Assembly (NCBI GenBank): GCA_964016885.1
Contig: OZ024741.1
Location: 68,076,001 to 68,140,000 of the forward strand
Length of the DNA: 64,000 nucleotides
Source: Eledone cirrhosa
Lineage: Eukaryota
Direction of reading: 5' to 3'
Shown piece after piece: positions 12,779-25,490 of this stretch; the stretch's first letter is position 1, and every line of letters begins with the position of its first letter. Under the pieces are notes generated by a model. That model saw only the letters and a program-made list of their open reading frames with translations. It was not told the origin of the DNA and did not search any database. Both the position numbers and the translations under genes were made by a program.

Positions 12779-15700
12779 CTACAGGATGGTATACAGAGAA
12801 GGCCCATTTACATGAGCCATTCTCGCCACTATCACCCACCTTTCATAAAACTGCCTGTGGCCAAGCACCTCTCTCTCCATTCTTATCCTTCTTCCGAAGT
12901 GATATCGGAAGAAGTAGACCAGACTATGGCCAGAGAGGAAGTTGCCTGATCTCAGACCTTTCAATCGTGTCCACCAAACAACCTCTTTCAACATGGCTAT
13001 TACGCACAGAAAAACCGCCTTTGCTTCCTTTGTGAAGAGGGGAGGCGGTTTGATTGTCATCACGGACTCGGCGGTCAATTTAATCGGCGCCACCCGCGAC
13101 AGCAGTCGTTCGGCGTAGCCCCACAGATCAGCCACGCCCGGACATTGCACCAATGCGTGCGCAACGGTTTCTTCGTGACGCACGCATCTAGGGCAAATCT
13201 TTTTTGAGGGATCCCTGCCCGGGCGCCCGTGTCTATAGAGCCTCTCTCGAACGGGTAGAGCCCCCCGGTAGCACTGCCAGGCCAGTGACTTCTGGAAGTT
13301 GTCCATTGGTCCTGGGCCGAAAGTCCTACCGAACAGGCTGGCCAGTTCGTCTTCTCCCATGTCCAGCGACTCTCCAAGGGTGTCATCGCCCCTGCTAGCC
13401 ACCAGCCCTCTATAGAATGCTGAGGTGGATTCTCCACCGATGGCCTGGCCCGCTTGCCAGAGAGCCCTGAGCGCCTGAACACACTCAGTGTGCCAGTCTC
13501 CCAGTTTTCCGGATCTTTGCTTGACCCAGGACTGTAGCTCGGTGAGCGAGACGAGTCTCGGAAAGGCTCGTTTCACGAACGGAGCCCACACCGGTTGACC
13601 AGTGAGGAATACCTGTAGGTGCCGTAGCCTTAATGCGTGCCTACGCATCATCAACCACGGCATCCCCAGCCCTCCTTTCGAAGGTTGTTGGCAGCAGATG
13701 GATCTTCTCACCATAGGAGGACGCTTCTTCCAAAGAAATTGGAAGAGCATGCGTTCCATGGTGGTGAGTGTTTCCTTAGGGCAAGGCACGACAGTCAGGC
13801 GGTAGTAAGTGACGGACGCTATGTAAATGTTCGCCACCTCCGCCCGGCCTTTTAGGGACAGCTTACACTTGGCCCATTTCTGGGTTAGTGCAAACACCTT
13901 GTTCGTAACCTCGTTCCAGTTCTTTTCCACCTGGAGGTCCGGTCCAAACCAGACCCCAAGCAACTTTACCGGGCCCTCCGTCCAGTGTCCGACGACACCG
14001 TCAGGAGGCATCGGTCTGCCTCTCCACGTTCCGAGTTGCAGCCCGATGGATTTTTCCCGGTTCAGTTTCGCTCCTGACATCCTTTCGTACTCCTCCAGTA
14101 AGGTACCGATCGCCTCGATCTCCGAGTCGGTTGATACCATTACTGTTACGTCATCGGCGTAGGCCGACACCGCTTTGCTCAATCCTGGTTCCAGGGGGAT
14201 ACCCTGCAACAACTCCAACTTCCTCAGTAAAGGCTCGAGAGTCAATACGTACAGAAGGGAGGAGAGAGGGCACCCCTGTCGAATGGATCGTGTGATTTCG
14301 AACGGCTTCGAAAGGTAGCCGTTCACCTTGATCCTAGAACAGATGTGGTTGCTATGTAGGGCAGTAATCCAGCCTCTGAAAACAGGACCGAACCCAGCCG
14401 CCGCTAGCACCGCATCCAGGTAACCATGGTCGACCCTATCGAAGGCCTTAGACTGATCCAAGTTGATCAGGGCCCCACCGAAGCCGGGTTTGTTGCCAAC
14501 CCTCTCTATGATGTATCGCATGAGGTGGAGGTTATCGTGAATGGACCTGGATGGGATAGCACATGTCTGCGCATCTCCCACCAGGCCACCCACGACAAGC
14601 GCCAACCTCTTTGCTAACACCTTGGCCAAAATCTTTAACTCTGTGTTTAGCAGGGTTATGGGCCGAAAATTATTTATACTATCCCCCTTGTTCTCGTCCT
14701 TCCTCACCAGCGTGACTACGCCCTTGGCTACAGAACAAGGAATTCTCCCGTTCTGCTGCCAATTGCAGTAGACCGCTTCGAGGAGTTCGGAGAAGAAGAC
14801 CGGCATTGCTAAATAAAGTTCGTAAGGTATACCATCGAGACCTGGAGATTTGCGTCTGCTGCATTGGCTCAGCGCATCTCCGATCTCATCAGCCGAGATT
14901 GGTCCCTCGCAGGACTCTGCCTCTTCGTTCGAGAGACGCGGCAGGCCGTCGAGGTATGGACCGAAATCCACGCCCCCGCCCGGACCCTCGCCTCCCCCGA
15001 ACAATCGGGCAAAGTGCCTTTGAAAGGCCTCGCACATCTGCTTAGGCTCCCGGATCACCCGTCCATCTTCGTCTTGCAACGACCGGATGGTGGATCGATT
15101 TCCACTCTTAGCTTCTGTTACGCGGGCCCAGCCAACGGCTTTGTCCCCCTCATTACCTAGAGCACGTATTTTACTTCGGATGACGCAGCCTTCGTGCTTT
15201 GCATCGAAAAACTGGTTCAAGGCCATCCTCGATGCCAGCACTCTGGCCACATCTTCGCTCTTGATTGCCTCTTCTAATTTACCTGTTAATTCTTTCTCGT
15301 TTCTATTCCTATCGGCAGCTAACATCTTGCTATAACTTATTGATTCTGTTCTAATCTCTCTTTTGAGAGATGCCCACCATCGGTTGTTGACGATTGCACC
15401 CGTCAACCTCTCCTTAACTAATCTGCTAATCCGGTTTCTGTAAGTCTCTTTTGCCGGTAAAGACAAATTAAGTTTCCAGTAACCGGGACCCTGTCTATGT
15501 GTTTTCTCGAGATTGACCACGCAGGTCACTAATTTGTGATCCGTGTAGCCAACCGTGCGCATTTCTGGACAGCTTAATATGTCCCTATCCTTACTTCTAA
15601 CTAAGAATCTATCTAAGTACGATCTAGATTGACCACTGTGGTTTCTCCAAGTCCAGGTAGGCACAGTTGGAAAATCTAGTCGATATCTATCGACCAAGTT

Positions 15701-16216
15701 AAAACGGTCGAGTAACCCCTTGAGGCTGTTACACCCCCCTCTATTAGGACATGCTCCTGCATAGTCCCAACGTGCATCCAGGATGTCATTCCAATCCCCC
15801 GCTAGAAGCAGGGAACGCGACGTTCCCAGAAAAGTCTCCAAACGCTGGAAGAAGTCGGGCCGTTCAGCTCCGAAAGGGGAGTAGACGGCGACCAGTCTCA
15901 AGGCCGCACTTTCACTACTGCCAACGTCTAGCACCAACAAACGACCCTCCGGGTCCGAGTGCACAACCTGTACGGCAAGACCCAGGTGTTTTTGCAGCAG
16001 TACGACAACCCCACCCCCACCTCCAGGTTGACAGAGAGATGCATGCACCTCAAAGTCATCGAAGGTGGGGGCCAGCTGCCGCACGACGCTGATTTGAGTC
16101 TCACAGATAGCCATTACATTTATACTACATGACCTGAGGTCATTTAGAAGCTTTGCTTGCTTCCAAGTTGAGCCCAGGCCACGTGCATTTAAACATCCTA
16201 CTCTTAACACATCCAT
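12779..16216 (-). CDS. LINE ORF2: APE endonuclease + reverse transcriptase + C-terminal zinc finger
   Basis: NARGL..E, GDWN, YLDR, TDH (APE); KSPGLDG, FRPITLLN, KAFD, QGCPLS, YADD (RT); CPRC..ET..H..C. Confidence 0.95.
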   Translation of the reverse strand: MDVLRVGCLNARGLGSTWKQAKLLNDLRSCSINVMAICETQISVVRQLAPTFDDFEVHASLCQPGGGGGVVVLLQKHLGLAVQVVHSDPEGRLLVLDVGSSESAALRLVAVYSPFGAERPDFFQRLETFLGTSRSLLLAGDWNDILDARWDYAGACPNRGGCNSLKGLLDRFNLVDRYRLDFPTVPTWTWRNHSGQSRSYLDRFLVRSKDRDILSCPEMRTVGYTDHKLVTCVVNLEKTHRQGPGYWKLNLSLPAKETYRNRISRLVKERLTGAIVNNRWWASLKREIRTESISYSKMLAADRNRNEKELTGKLEEAIKSEDVARVLASRMALNQFFDAKHEGCVIRSKIRALGNEGDKAVGWARVTEAKSGNRSTIRSLQDEDGRVIREPKQMCEAFQRHFARLFGGGEGPGGGVDFGPYLDGLPRLSNEEAESCEGPISADEIGDALSQCSRRKSPGLDGIPYELYLAMPVFFSELLEAVYCNWQQNGRIPCSVAKGVVTLVRKDENKGDSINNFRPITLLNTELKILAKVLAKRLALVVGGLVGDAQTCAIPSRSIHDNLHLMRYIIERVGNKPGFGGALINLDQSKAFDRVDHGYLDAVLAAAGFGPVFRGWITALHSNHICSRIKVNGYLSKPFEITRSIRQGCPLSSLLYVLTLEPLLRKLELLQGIPLEPGLSKAVSAYADDVTVMVSTDSEIEAIGTLLEEYERMSGAKLNREKSIGLQLGTWRGRPMPPDGVVGHWTEGPVKLLGVWFGPDLQVEKNWNEVTNKVFALTQKWAKCKLSLKGRAEVANIYIASVTYYRLTVVPCPKETLTTMERMLFQFLWKKRPPMVRRSICCQQPSKGGLGMPWLMMRRHALRLRHLQVFLTGQPVWAPFVKRAFPRLVSLTELQSWVKQRSGKLGDWHTECVQALRALWQAGQAIGGESTSAFYRGLVASRGDDTLGESLDMGEDELASLFGRTFGPGPMDNFQKSLAWQCYRGALPVRERLYRHGRPGRDPSKKICPRCVRHEETVAHALVQCPGVADLWGYAERLLSRVAPIKLTAESVMTIKPPPLFTKEAKAVFLCVIAMLKEVVWWTRLKGLRSGNFLSGHSLVYFFRYHFGRRIRMEREVLGHRQFYERWVIVARMAHVNGPSLYTIL

Positions 16217-16249
16217 GTGGGCGGCAGAGCCAAAGGAGAGTGTAGAGAC

Positions 16250-17974
16250 CTACCTTTCCGCTTCCCGGGGTTCGGGTTGCACGACTTCCATGGGGTCGGG
16301 GGTGTTGGGTGAAGGGGTGTCTTGTGGTGGTGTGGGGTCGTCAGTGTGTGGTGGGGTTGGGGTGTTTGGAGTTGTGTTGGGGAGGGGAAGGGGAGGGGGA
16401 AAGCTTTTTAGTAGGACGCGGTTTATGGGTTTGACAGAGGGTGGTCCTACGTCCTCCTTAAAATCCTTTTTTAGTTTTTGGTAGAGGTTCATTGGGATCT
16501 TTATTAGTTTTAAATGTGGGTAGTTTTCTGACGAAACAAAGTTTACACCTTCGGTTTGTACCGAAGGATTATTGTATATGAGTTCATTTAATTTATTATT
16601 GTTTCTGTTGATGTAAGTATAGTGTAATGTCTTTTTTTCCGATGGTGTGAGTGTTTCGAAGAGGGGAGGCGCAGGTTTGGTTTTGTTTGTTGCTGGAGGG
16701 GTGTTTTCTGTTTTGTTGGATTGTGTTGAGATTTGGGTGGGGGTTGTTTGTCCTTGTGTGTTTTGCACATGTTTTCTTTTTTTCCTTTTAATCTGTCTGA
16801 AGGACTCCGTTTCTTCCTCCGAATTCGTTGGGTTATCTTCAGTGTTGGAGGGAAGAGGTATGTTTGCTGGTAATGTTTCCGTGTTGGTTTTCTTTGTGGG
16901 GGAGATGGATGTCACTATGTTAGATTGTGTTGTGTGTTGTGTCTGCGGTGGTTGTGTTGTTTTATTGAGTGAGAGGTTGGGTGGGCCTGTATTTTGTTTT
17001 GGGGTAATGTGTTGTGACTGTTTGTGTTGTGGTGGTGTTGTGGTTTTACTGAGGGACGGGTTGGGTGGGACTGAGTTTTGTTGTTTGTTTATCTGTTGTG
17101 GTGGTGGTGGTGGAGCTGGTGTTGGTAGCAGGGTTTTCTTTTTGTTGAGTTGGGGACAAGCGGCCTTCAGGTGCCCTCTGCCTGCACAGATATGGCAGGA
17201 CGGCCTTCTCCCCTCCACGCTAATGTTTATATACCCGTGGTCCTCTAATAGGATTCTGTCGGGTATTTGGGCGATGCGTTCAGGCTTCATTTGTACTACC
17301 AGCTCTATACCTGTTCCACTGAACGCATTGCCTGTGGTTTTCCCAATGGAAATCACGTTGTCATTCACTGGATCGATGAAGCCAGCTATGAGCCAGCAGT
17401 AGTCCACATCCGGCATCATTGCATCCAGCCATATGCGTTGAGTTCTTTTCCCCATATAAGATGGATAAAAGGTGAAATTTTTCGAACGAATCGGTGACAA
17501 AGCACATTTTTTTGCCGCCGATTCGTTCTTTATGATAATTGCTAGGCTTCCATACAGTCTGTCTTTTCTTATGAAAGTGGTTTCATTAAGTACTTCTGTG
17601 AGTACTGTTTTGATATCTGCTATAGAAGGCTGTTCAGGTTTTTTTGTACTGTTGTTGATGGTCCGAAACTTGACCGTTCGGCTTTCAATGTCTTTCGTGA
17701 ATTCTTGAGGCACTTTTACCGATAAAATACCATTCTCTCCTTCACTTATGTATTGTTTGGCGTCCGTGATCCTTCGTACCACATCTGAAATGTTTTCCGC
17801 TATATAAGTCAAAGATTTCTTTGTTTTCTGTGCAAATGAAATCTTGTCGTCTGCTTTGTTTTCTGATATGGTGTTATTTTCAAATGTTATTTTTGTGTTT
17901 GTTGTGTCTTTGTTTGTGTTATTAGTATTGTCATGCAATTTTTCAAATTTTTTTTTTTCGTTGTTGGAATCCAA
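16250..17974 (-). CDS. LINE ORF1 nucleic-acid-binding protein
   Basis: CCHC knuckle CHICAGRGHLKAAC followed by a Pro/Thr/Gln-rich tail; lies directly upstream of ORF2. Confidence 0.9.
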   Translation of the reverse strand: MDSNNEKKKFEKLHDNTNNTNKDTTNTKITFENNTISENKADDKISFAQKTKKSLTYIAENISDVVRRITDAKQYISEGENGILSVKVPQEFTKDIESRTVKFRTINNSTKKPEQPSIADIKTVLTEVLNETTFIRKDRLYGSLAIIIKNESAAKKCALSPIRSKNFTFYPSYMGKRTQRIWLDAMMPDVDYCWLIAGFIDPVNDNVISIGKTTGNAFSGTGIELVVQMKPERIAQIPDRILLEDHGYINISVEGRRPSCHICAGRGHLKAACPQLNKKKTLLPTPAPPPPPQQINKQQNSVPPNPSLSKTTTPPQHKQSQHITPKQNTGPPNLSLNKTTQPPQTQHTTQSNIVTSISPTKKTNTETLPANIPLPSNTEDNPTNSEEETESFRQIKRKKRKHVQNTQGQTTPTQISTQSNKTENTPPATNKTKPAPPLFETLTPSEKKTLHYTYINRNNNKLNELIYNNPSVQTEGVNFVSSENYPHLKLIKIPMNLYQKLKKDFKEDVGPPSVKPINRVLLKSFPPPLPLPNTTPNTPTPPHTDDPTPPQDTPSPNTPDPMEVVQPEPREAER

Positions 17975-18409
17975 GTCCAGATTTGTGTTTTCGTCATTTT
18001 TTTTTTCTCCGCAGATTCGTCCGTTTTTATTTTAATTTTTCCTTCCTTCTCTATGACGTTAGTTGGGAAGGAAGGGGGGACTAAAGCGTGCGAGCTTACA
18101 ACTCTTACCGCTGTCCCCCCACCACTGTTTTCGTTCGCTGCGTTTAACATTTCTGTTAGACGATTGAAATTTTTTACACAAAATTTTTTAAAACAGGTTT
18201 TCACCTCTAGGAGGGGTAAAGATGAGCTGACCCACCGCCTGACAGTTCAGACGGAGGGTCAAGCTACACAATTGTATCAAAATTAAGTTTGAACTCACAA
18301 AATTTCCTCAATAAATTTGAACAAAACTTCTGTGTGAAGTGAATGACATCCACACTGTAGAACAGACGACATATAGCTTGATAGATAGACAGATAAATAT
18401 GTTTCATTT

Positions 18410-18700
18410 ACCAGTTATGTACTGGGTAATTGCTGGCCTTGTGCCAAAAAGTAGAAACAATTATTTGTCATAGGGCAGTGGATTGGCAGTATCGGTAGAG
18501 GGTCGGATGCCATGCTTTGCAGCATAAAGTTACGGCCTTTTATAATCTGAGTTCAAATTTCGCTGAGGTTAACTTTTCCTTTCATCCTTACGGGGTCGAT
18601 AAAATAAAGTACCAGTAACGTACTGGGGTCGATTTACTCGACTTTCCCCCTCTTACCCAAAATTACTGGCCTTGTGCCTGTACTAGAAATTATTATTTTT
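18410..18700 (+). mobile_element. tRNA-derived cephalopod SINE (plus preceding 3' fragment)
   Basis: TGGCAGTATCGGTAGAG (A box) ... GAGTTCAAATT (B box) ... CCTTTCATCCTTACGGGGTCGATAAAATAAAGTACCAG ... GGCCTTGTGCC..AGAAA(TTA)n. Confidence 0.85.
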
Positions 18701-18714
18701 CACTAGGACTCGCA

Positions 18715-19190
18715 ATGGGACATTACAAGACGTGACGGCGAGGGTTTTACATTTAAAAATTGTGTAAACTTTAACTTTAATAAATTAAAATAAACTATAT
18801 ATTAGATAGATAGATATCTTTCTTTATTTGCCACAAGGGCGTACAAGGAATGGGACATTACAAGACGTGACGTATAAACTTTAACATTAATAAATAACAA
18901 TAAACTACATATTAAAAAATTAACAATCCAAATCCCCAATAGGGGGGGGGGGACATTACTGTGTGGTTGTTTTACACTCCGTGGATATAATAACCCTCAA
19001 CACCAAGAGCACGTTTTGCAGGTGTTCCCGTTACCCTCTATTTGTCTTCCTCAACCTACAGGTTTATATACAGAGAAGCCGATTCACTCGGGCCATTTTC
19101 GCCACATTCACCCACCTTTCAGATAATTTACCGGGGTGTAGCACCTCTCTCTCCACTCTCATCTTCCTTCTGAAGTGGTATTTAAAGAAT
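18715..19190 (-). mobile_element. Short 3'-end fragments of GATA-site Tx1 LINEs
   Basis: 3' UTR matches 21536-21900; (GATA)n spacers. Confidence 0.8.
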
Positions 19191-19224
19191 AGATAGTTTG
19201 ATAGATAGATAGATAGATAGATAT

Positions 19225-21459
19225 GTTTCTTTTATTTGCCACCAGGGCATCAAAAGTGGGACAAGTACAAAGGGGGGAGTTTACACAAAAAGGCGTCCTC
19301 AATAAGGAGGAGGCAATAACAAAATATAAAAATAAAATAAAATATAACAAAAAATAAAATTTATAACAAAATCCTCAATAGAGAGGAGGCGCCTTGGGGG
19401 GTCGCACACACCCCCGAAAAAAGTGTGCAACCCTTTTCCTCAGGAGCACAGAGAGGGGGTGCTCCCTCGTTCCTTCCTCTTTTCCACCTACAGGCTTATG
19501 TAAAGAGAAGGCCCATTCACACGGGCCATTCTCGCCACTTTCACCCACCTTTCATAAAAACGACTGGGGTGGAGTACCTCTCTCTCCATCCTGATCCTTC
19601 TTCCGAAATGATATCGGAAGAAACGGACCAGTTGTTGGCCAGAGAGAAAGGTGTCTGACCTCAATCCTTTCAGACGCGTCCACCATACAACCTCTTTCGC
19701 CATGGCTATTACGCACAGAAACACCGCCTCTGCTTCATCTTTGAAGGGGGGAGGCGGCTTGATCATTACAATAGACTCGGTGGTCAACCGGATCGGTCCC
19801 ACCCTTGACAGCAGTTGTTCGACATAGCCCCACAGATCGGCTACGCCCGAGCAGTGTACCAATGCGTGTGCAACGGTTTCCTCGTCGCACACGCATCTGG
19901 GACAGATCTTTTTGGCGGGGTCCCTACCCGGGCGCCCGTGTCTGTAGAGCCTTTCTCGAACGGGTAAAGCCCCTCGGTAGCACTGCCAGGCCAGGGACTT
20001 CTGGAAGTTGTCCATAGGTCCCGGGCTGAATGTCCTACCGAACAGGCTGGCCAGTTCGTCCTCCTCCATGTCTAGGGCTTCTCCGAGGGCGTCGTCGCAC
20101 CTGCTGCGTACCAGCCCTCTATAGAATGTTGCGGTGGAGTCTCCACTGATAACCGGATCCGCCTGCCAGAGGGCGGTGAGCGCCTGGGCACACTCAGTGT
20201 GCCAGGCGCCCAGTTTTCTCGGTCTTTACTTGACCCAGGATTGCAGCTCGGTGAGTGAGACGAGTCTGGGAAAGGTTCGTCTCACAAACGAGGCCCACAC
20301 CGGTTGACCGGTGAGGAATACGTAGAGGTGCCGTAGCCTTAATGCGTGTTTACGCATCATTAGCCACGGCATCCCCAGCCCTCCTTTCGAAGGGTGTTGA
20401 CAGCAGATGGATCTCCTCACCATAGGAGCCCGCCTCTTCCAAAGGAATTGGAAGAGTGCGCGCTCCATCTTGGTGAGGGTTTCCCTTGGGCAGGGCACTA
20501 CGGTCAGGCGGTAGTAGATGACGGACGCTATGTAGGTGTTCGCCACCTCCGCCCGACCTTTCAGTGATAGTTTGCAACTGGCCCACTTCTGGGTCAGTGC
20601 AAACACCCTGTTCGTAACCTCCGCCCAGTTTTTCTCCACCTGGAGGTCCGGTCCGAAACAGACCCCGAGCAACTTCACCGGGCCCTCCGTCCAGCGTCCG
20701 ACGACGCCATCGGAGGGCATCGGTCTGCCCCTCCACGTGCCGAGTTGCAAACCGATCGACTTGTCCCGGTTCAGCTTAGCCCCTGTGAACCTTTCGTACT
20801 CCTCCAGTAAGGTGCCGACCGCCTCGATTTCGGAGGCCGTCGACACCATTACTGTCACGTCATCGGCGTAGGCCGACACCGCTTTCCGCAATCCCGGTTC
20901 CAAAGGGATGCCCTGCAACAACTCCAACTTCCGCAGTAGTGGCTCGAGAGTCAACACATACAGAAGGGAGGAGAGAGGGCACCCTTGTCGGATGGACCGC
21001 GCGATTTTGAACGGCTCCGAGAGGTAGCCGTTCACCTTGACCCTAGAGCAGATGCGGCTGCTGTGCATAGCAGTGATCCAGCCCCTGAAAACGGGTCCGA
21101 AGCCTGCCGCCGCTAGCACCGCATCCAGGTAACCATGGTCGACCCTATCGAACGCCTTAGATTGATCCAAGTTGATCAGAGCCCCACCAAAGCCGGGTTC
21201 GTTCCCAACCCTCTCTATGATGTATCGCATGAGGTGGAGGTTGTCATGGATGGACCTGGACGGGATAGCGCATGTCTGCGCATCTCCCACCAGGTTGCCC
21301 ACGACAAGCGCCAAACTCTTTGCTAGCACCTTGGCCAAAATCTGTAACTCTGTATTTAGCAGAGTTATGGGCCTGAAGTTACTTATTTCGTCCCCCTTGT
21401 TCTCGTCCTTCCTCACTAGCGTGACTACGCCCTTGGTCACAGTACAGGGAATTCTCCCG

Positions 21460-21460
<1 letters not shown>
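19225..21460 (-). mobile_element. 5'-truncated Tx1 LINE (RT to C-terminus), disrupted near 20226
   Basis: ORF pieces 20226-21460 and 19488-20069 are homologous to ORF2 at 12779-16216; (GATA)n on both sides. Confidence 0.9.
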
Positions 21461-21535
<75 letters not shown>

Positions 21536-21536
<1 letters not shown>

Positions 21537-24282
21537 TTCTTTATTTGCCACAAGGGCGTACAAAAAGAGGACATTACAAGACGTGACGGCGGGGGTTTTG
21601 CATAAAATCTTTAACAATAATGAATGACAATAAACTATATATACATAAAACAATGGAAATCCCCAGTAGGGAAGAGCATTACTGCGGAGTTGTTTTACAC
21701 CCTGTGGATATAACAACCCTCAACAGCAGGAGCACGTTTTGTAGGCGCTCTCGTCTTCCCTCTGTTTGTCTTCCTCAACCTACAGGTTTATATACAGAGA
21801 AAGCCCAATCACTCGGGCCATTTTCGCCGCATTCACTCGCCTTTCAGATAATTTACCGAGGTGTAGCACCTCTCTCTCCACTCTCACCTTCCTTCTGAAG
21901 TTGTCTGTAGAGCTTGTCTCGAATGGGTAGAGCTCCTCCGTAGCACTGCCAGGCCAGGGAGTTTTGGAAGTTGTCCATCGGTCTCGGGCGGAATGTCCTT
22001 CCGAACAGACTGGCCAGTTCGTCTTCCTCTACGCCTAGAGTTTCTCCGAGAGTGTCGTCGCACTTGCTGCGGACTAACCCTTTATAGAATGACGAGGTGG
22101 AGTCTCCTCTGATCGCCCCTTCCGTTTGCCAGAGGACTGTGAGCGCCTGAGCACATTCAATGTGCCAGTCACCCATTTTCCTCGGTCTTTGCTTGACCCA
22201 GGACTGCAGCTCGGTCAGCGAGACGAGTCACAGGAAGGCTCGTCTCACGGTTGTTCGGTGAAGAATACGTGGAGGTGCCGCAGCCTGAGTGCGTGGTTGT
22301 GCATCGTCAGTCACGGCACCCCCAGCCCTCCGTTTGAAGGGTGTTGACAGCAGATGGATCTTCTCACCAAAGGAGCCCGTTTCTTCCAAAGGAATTGGAA
22401 GAGCGCGCGCTCGATTTTGGTGAGCGTTTTACTTGGACAAGGCACGACGGTCAAGCGGTAGTAGATGACGGACGCTATGAAAGCGTTCGCCACCTCCGCT
22501 CGACCTTTCAAGGATAGTTTGCACTCGGCCCACTTCTGGGCGAGCGCAAACACCTTGGCCGTCACCTCGTTCCAGTTTTTCTCCACCTGGAGGACCGGTC
22601 CGAACAAGACCCCGAGCAGCTTCACCGGTCCCTCCGTCCAGCGTCCGACGACGCCGTCGGAAGGCATCGGTTTGCCTCTCCACGATCCGAGTTGCAAACC
22701 GACGGACTTGTCCCGGTTCAGCTTCGCTCCTGTGAACAGTTCGTATTCCTTCAGTAGAGTACCGACTTCCCCGATTTTCGAGGTGCTCGACACCATTACT
22801 GTCACGTCGTCGGAGTAGGCCGACGCCGCTTTTCGCAGTCCCGGTTCCAACAGAAGGGAGGAGAGACGGAATCCCTGTCGGATGGATCATATGATTTGGA
22901 ACGGCTCCGAGAGGTAGCCATTCACCTTGACCCTTGAGCAGATTTTGCTGCTGTGCATGGCAGCAATCCAGCTCCTGAACATGGGTCCGAAGCCTGCCGC
23001 CGCGAGCACCGCATCCAAATAACGATGGTCGACTCTATCGAATGCCTTAGACGGATCCAAATTTATCAGTGGCCCACCGAAGCCGGGTTCACACCCACGC
23101 TCTCTACGATGTATCGCATGAGGTGGAGGTTTTCGTTAATGGACCTGGTCGGGATTGCGCATGTCTGCGCTTCTCCCACCAGGTTTTCGACGACAAGCGC
23201 CAGCCTCTTTCCTAACACCTTGGCCAAAATCTGTAACTCTGTGTTTAGCAGAGTTATGGGCCTGAAGCTATTAATGTCGTCCTCCTTATTCTCGTCTTTC
23301 CTGACCAGCGTGTCTACACCCTTAGTCACAAAAATTCTCCCGTTCTGCTGCCAGTTGCAGTAGACCGCTTCGAGGAGACCGGAGAACAAGTCCGGCATTG
23401 CTACGTAAAATTCGTAGGGTAGACCGTCGAGACCTGGCGATTTGCGTTTGCCGCATTGGCTCAGCGCGTCCCCTATCTCATTGGTCGAAATCGGCCTTTC
23501 GCAGAACTTCGCCTCCCCGTCCGAGAGTCGCGGCAGGCTGTCGAGGTATGGACCGAAATACATAGCCCCTCCCGGCGCGTCGCCCTCCCCGAACAGTTGT
23601 GCAAAGTGCCGCTGAAAGGCCACGCACATCTGCTTCGGTTCACGTATCACGCGTCCGTCTTGGTCCTTCAAAGACCGAATCGTGAACTTGTTGCCACTTT
23701 TCGCCTCTGTCACTCGGGCCCAGTAAACAGCTTCGGCTCCCTCGTTTCCCAGAGCACGTGTTTTACTCTTGACAACGCAGCCTTCGCGCTTTGCGTCGAA
23801 GAACTGGTTCAGGGCCGTTCTTGTCGCTAGCACGTTAGCTACGCTGCCACTCCTAATCGCCTCTTCTACTTTATCTACCAGTTCCTTTTCAGTCTTATTC
23901 CTATCTAACGCTAGTTCTTTACTAAAGCCTATCGATTCTAATCTAATTGCTCTCTTAAGAGAGCACCACCACCTGTTGTTGACGATTTCCCCTGTCAACT
24001 GCTGTTTAAATAAAGTGCTAATCCGACTACTGTATGCTTTACGTGTCGGGAACGACAGGTTCAGCTTCCAGAAGCCGGGTCCCTGCCTATGGGTTCTATC
24101 AAGGTTAACTACGCAGGTCACTAGTTTGTGATCTGAATAGGCAACCATGAACATGTGTGGACAGCTTAATATGTCCCTATCTCTATCTCGAATTAGAAAC
24201 CTACCTAAGTACGATCTAGATGTCCCGATCCGGTTCGTCCATGTCCACAGTGGCGCAATCGGGAAATCTAGTCGGTATCTAT
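21536..24282 (-). mobile_element. 5'-truncated, decayed Tx1 LINE
   Basis: Several ORF2 fragments (23066-24154, 22311-22850, 21853-22176) with deletions and frameshifts; (TATC)n tail. Confidence 0.9.
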
Positions 24283-25044
24283 ATTAGCTTGTGATGGAGA
24301 TATGGAAGGTAATCCACAACAATCAATTACAAGACATAAAAGGTTGTATAGAGACAGAGAGAGAGGGGCAGATAAGAAGAGGGGGAGAGGGGGAGAAAGG
24401 GGGGGGTGAAGGAGATGGTTGGATTGGGGATAGAAAGAAAAGGAAAAACGTTAGGGAGACAGACAGATAGTAAGAGAAAGAGGTAGAGAGAAAAAGAGGG
24501 AGGGAGAAGAAAAGAGAGAAGGGAGAGAGGTGGAGTGAGAGAGAAAGAGGTAAGGAAAGGAGAGGGAGTAAGAGAGAAAGAGGAAGGGAAAGAAGAGGGA
24601 GTGAGAGAATATATATTGACCAATAATGGCCTGAACAGTTCAACATGTGCAGAACTGCAAGAGTTTGGCATGTTTTATTTAATTTCTTTTATATATATAT
24701 TCATTTATTTATTTTATCCTTTATAACCTTTTGTTTGTAAAAGTTGTAACTTGGGTTTGAGTACATATAGGGACTTTGTTGACTATAAAGTCTGTGTTAA
24801 TAATTTCAGAGCTATTTTTAGACGTTAATGCTTTATTTAGTTTTCGTGATGTAGATAGTCTTGTTTGTTTGTTTGTTTGTATTAGTCTATATATATTTTT
24901 TTTAAACTTGTTAACTCAACCGCTTTATAACATTTATTTAGTCAGAATTTCGCTATGATATCAGAAAAACGTTATTTTATTTATAATTATTATTATAGTG
25001 GCATTTCAATTACGTTACTTATGAATAAATCAAAATGGTTTCTG

Positions 25045-25490
25045 TCAAAATAGATCAACTGCCTCACAAATATTGACACTGCTGAGGCTAGAAGGTATCA
25101 GATCAAAGAACCTGAAAGATGTACTAACTTTCATTGACTTCAAAAAGACTTTTGACTCCATCCGTAGAGGAAAGCTTATGACAATCCTAGTTTCGTATGG
25201 CATACCTGATATCATAGTTTCTGCTATAAATGTACTCTACATGAACACGGAAGCTCAAATCTTCCCTTCTGATGGTGATAATGAATTTTTTGAAAGCGAA
25301 CGTCCTTCAGGGTGTCACATTGTGACCATATCATTTCATAATCTCTCTGGGCTATGCCATGAGGGAAGTCACTGTTAATGAACAAGATCTTGGCTTTAAA
25401 TTGACAATAAAAGAGAAGCAAGCGAAACCCACCAACTGTTATATGTGATACAGATTTGCTGATGGCATAGCTGTTCTATCAAATACCATA
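25045..25490 (+). pseudogene. Decayed RTE-like reverse transcriptase fragment
   Basis: FIDFKKTFDSI.RGKL..IL..YGIP..IV.AI..LY motif; degraded F(A)DD-like region near 25455. Confidence 0.75.

Larger units (their letters stand above)
12563..18372 (-). mobile_element. Full-length Tx1/L1-clade LINE in a (GATA)n site
   Basis: ORF1 plus ORF2 intact; 17-bp TSD ATAGCTTGATAGATAGA at 12546-12562 and 18373-18389; AATAAA near the 3' end. Confidence 0.95.

Noticed and set aside
20226-21716. 496-aa ORF appearing to have a novel N-terminus
   Set aside because: Read-through from a neighbouring LINE 3' UTR across (TATC)n (IYLS repeats) into a truncated RT
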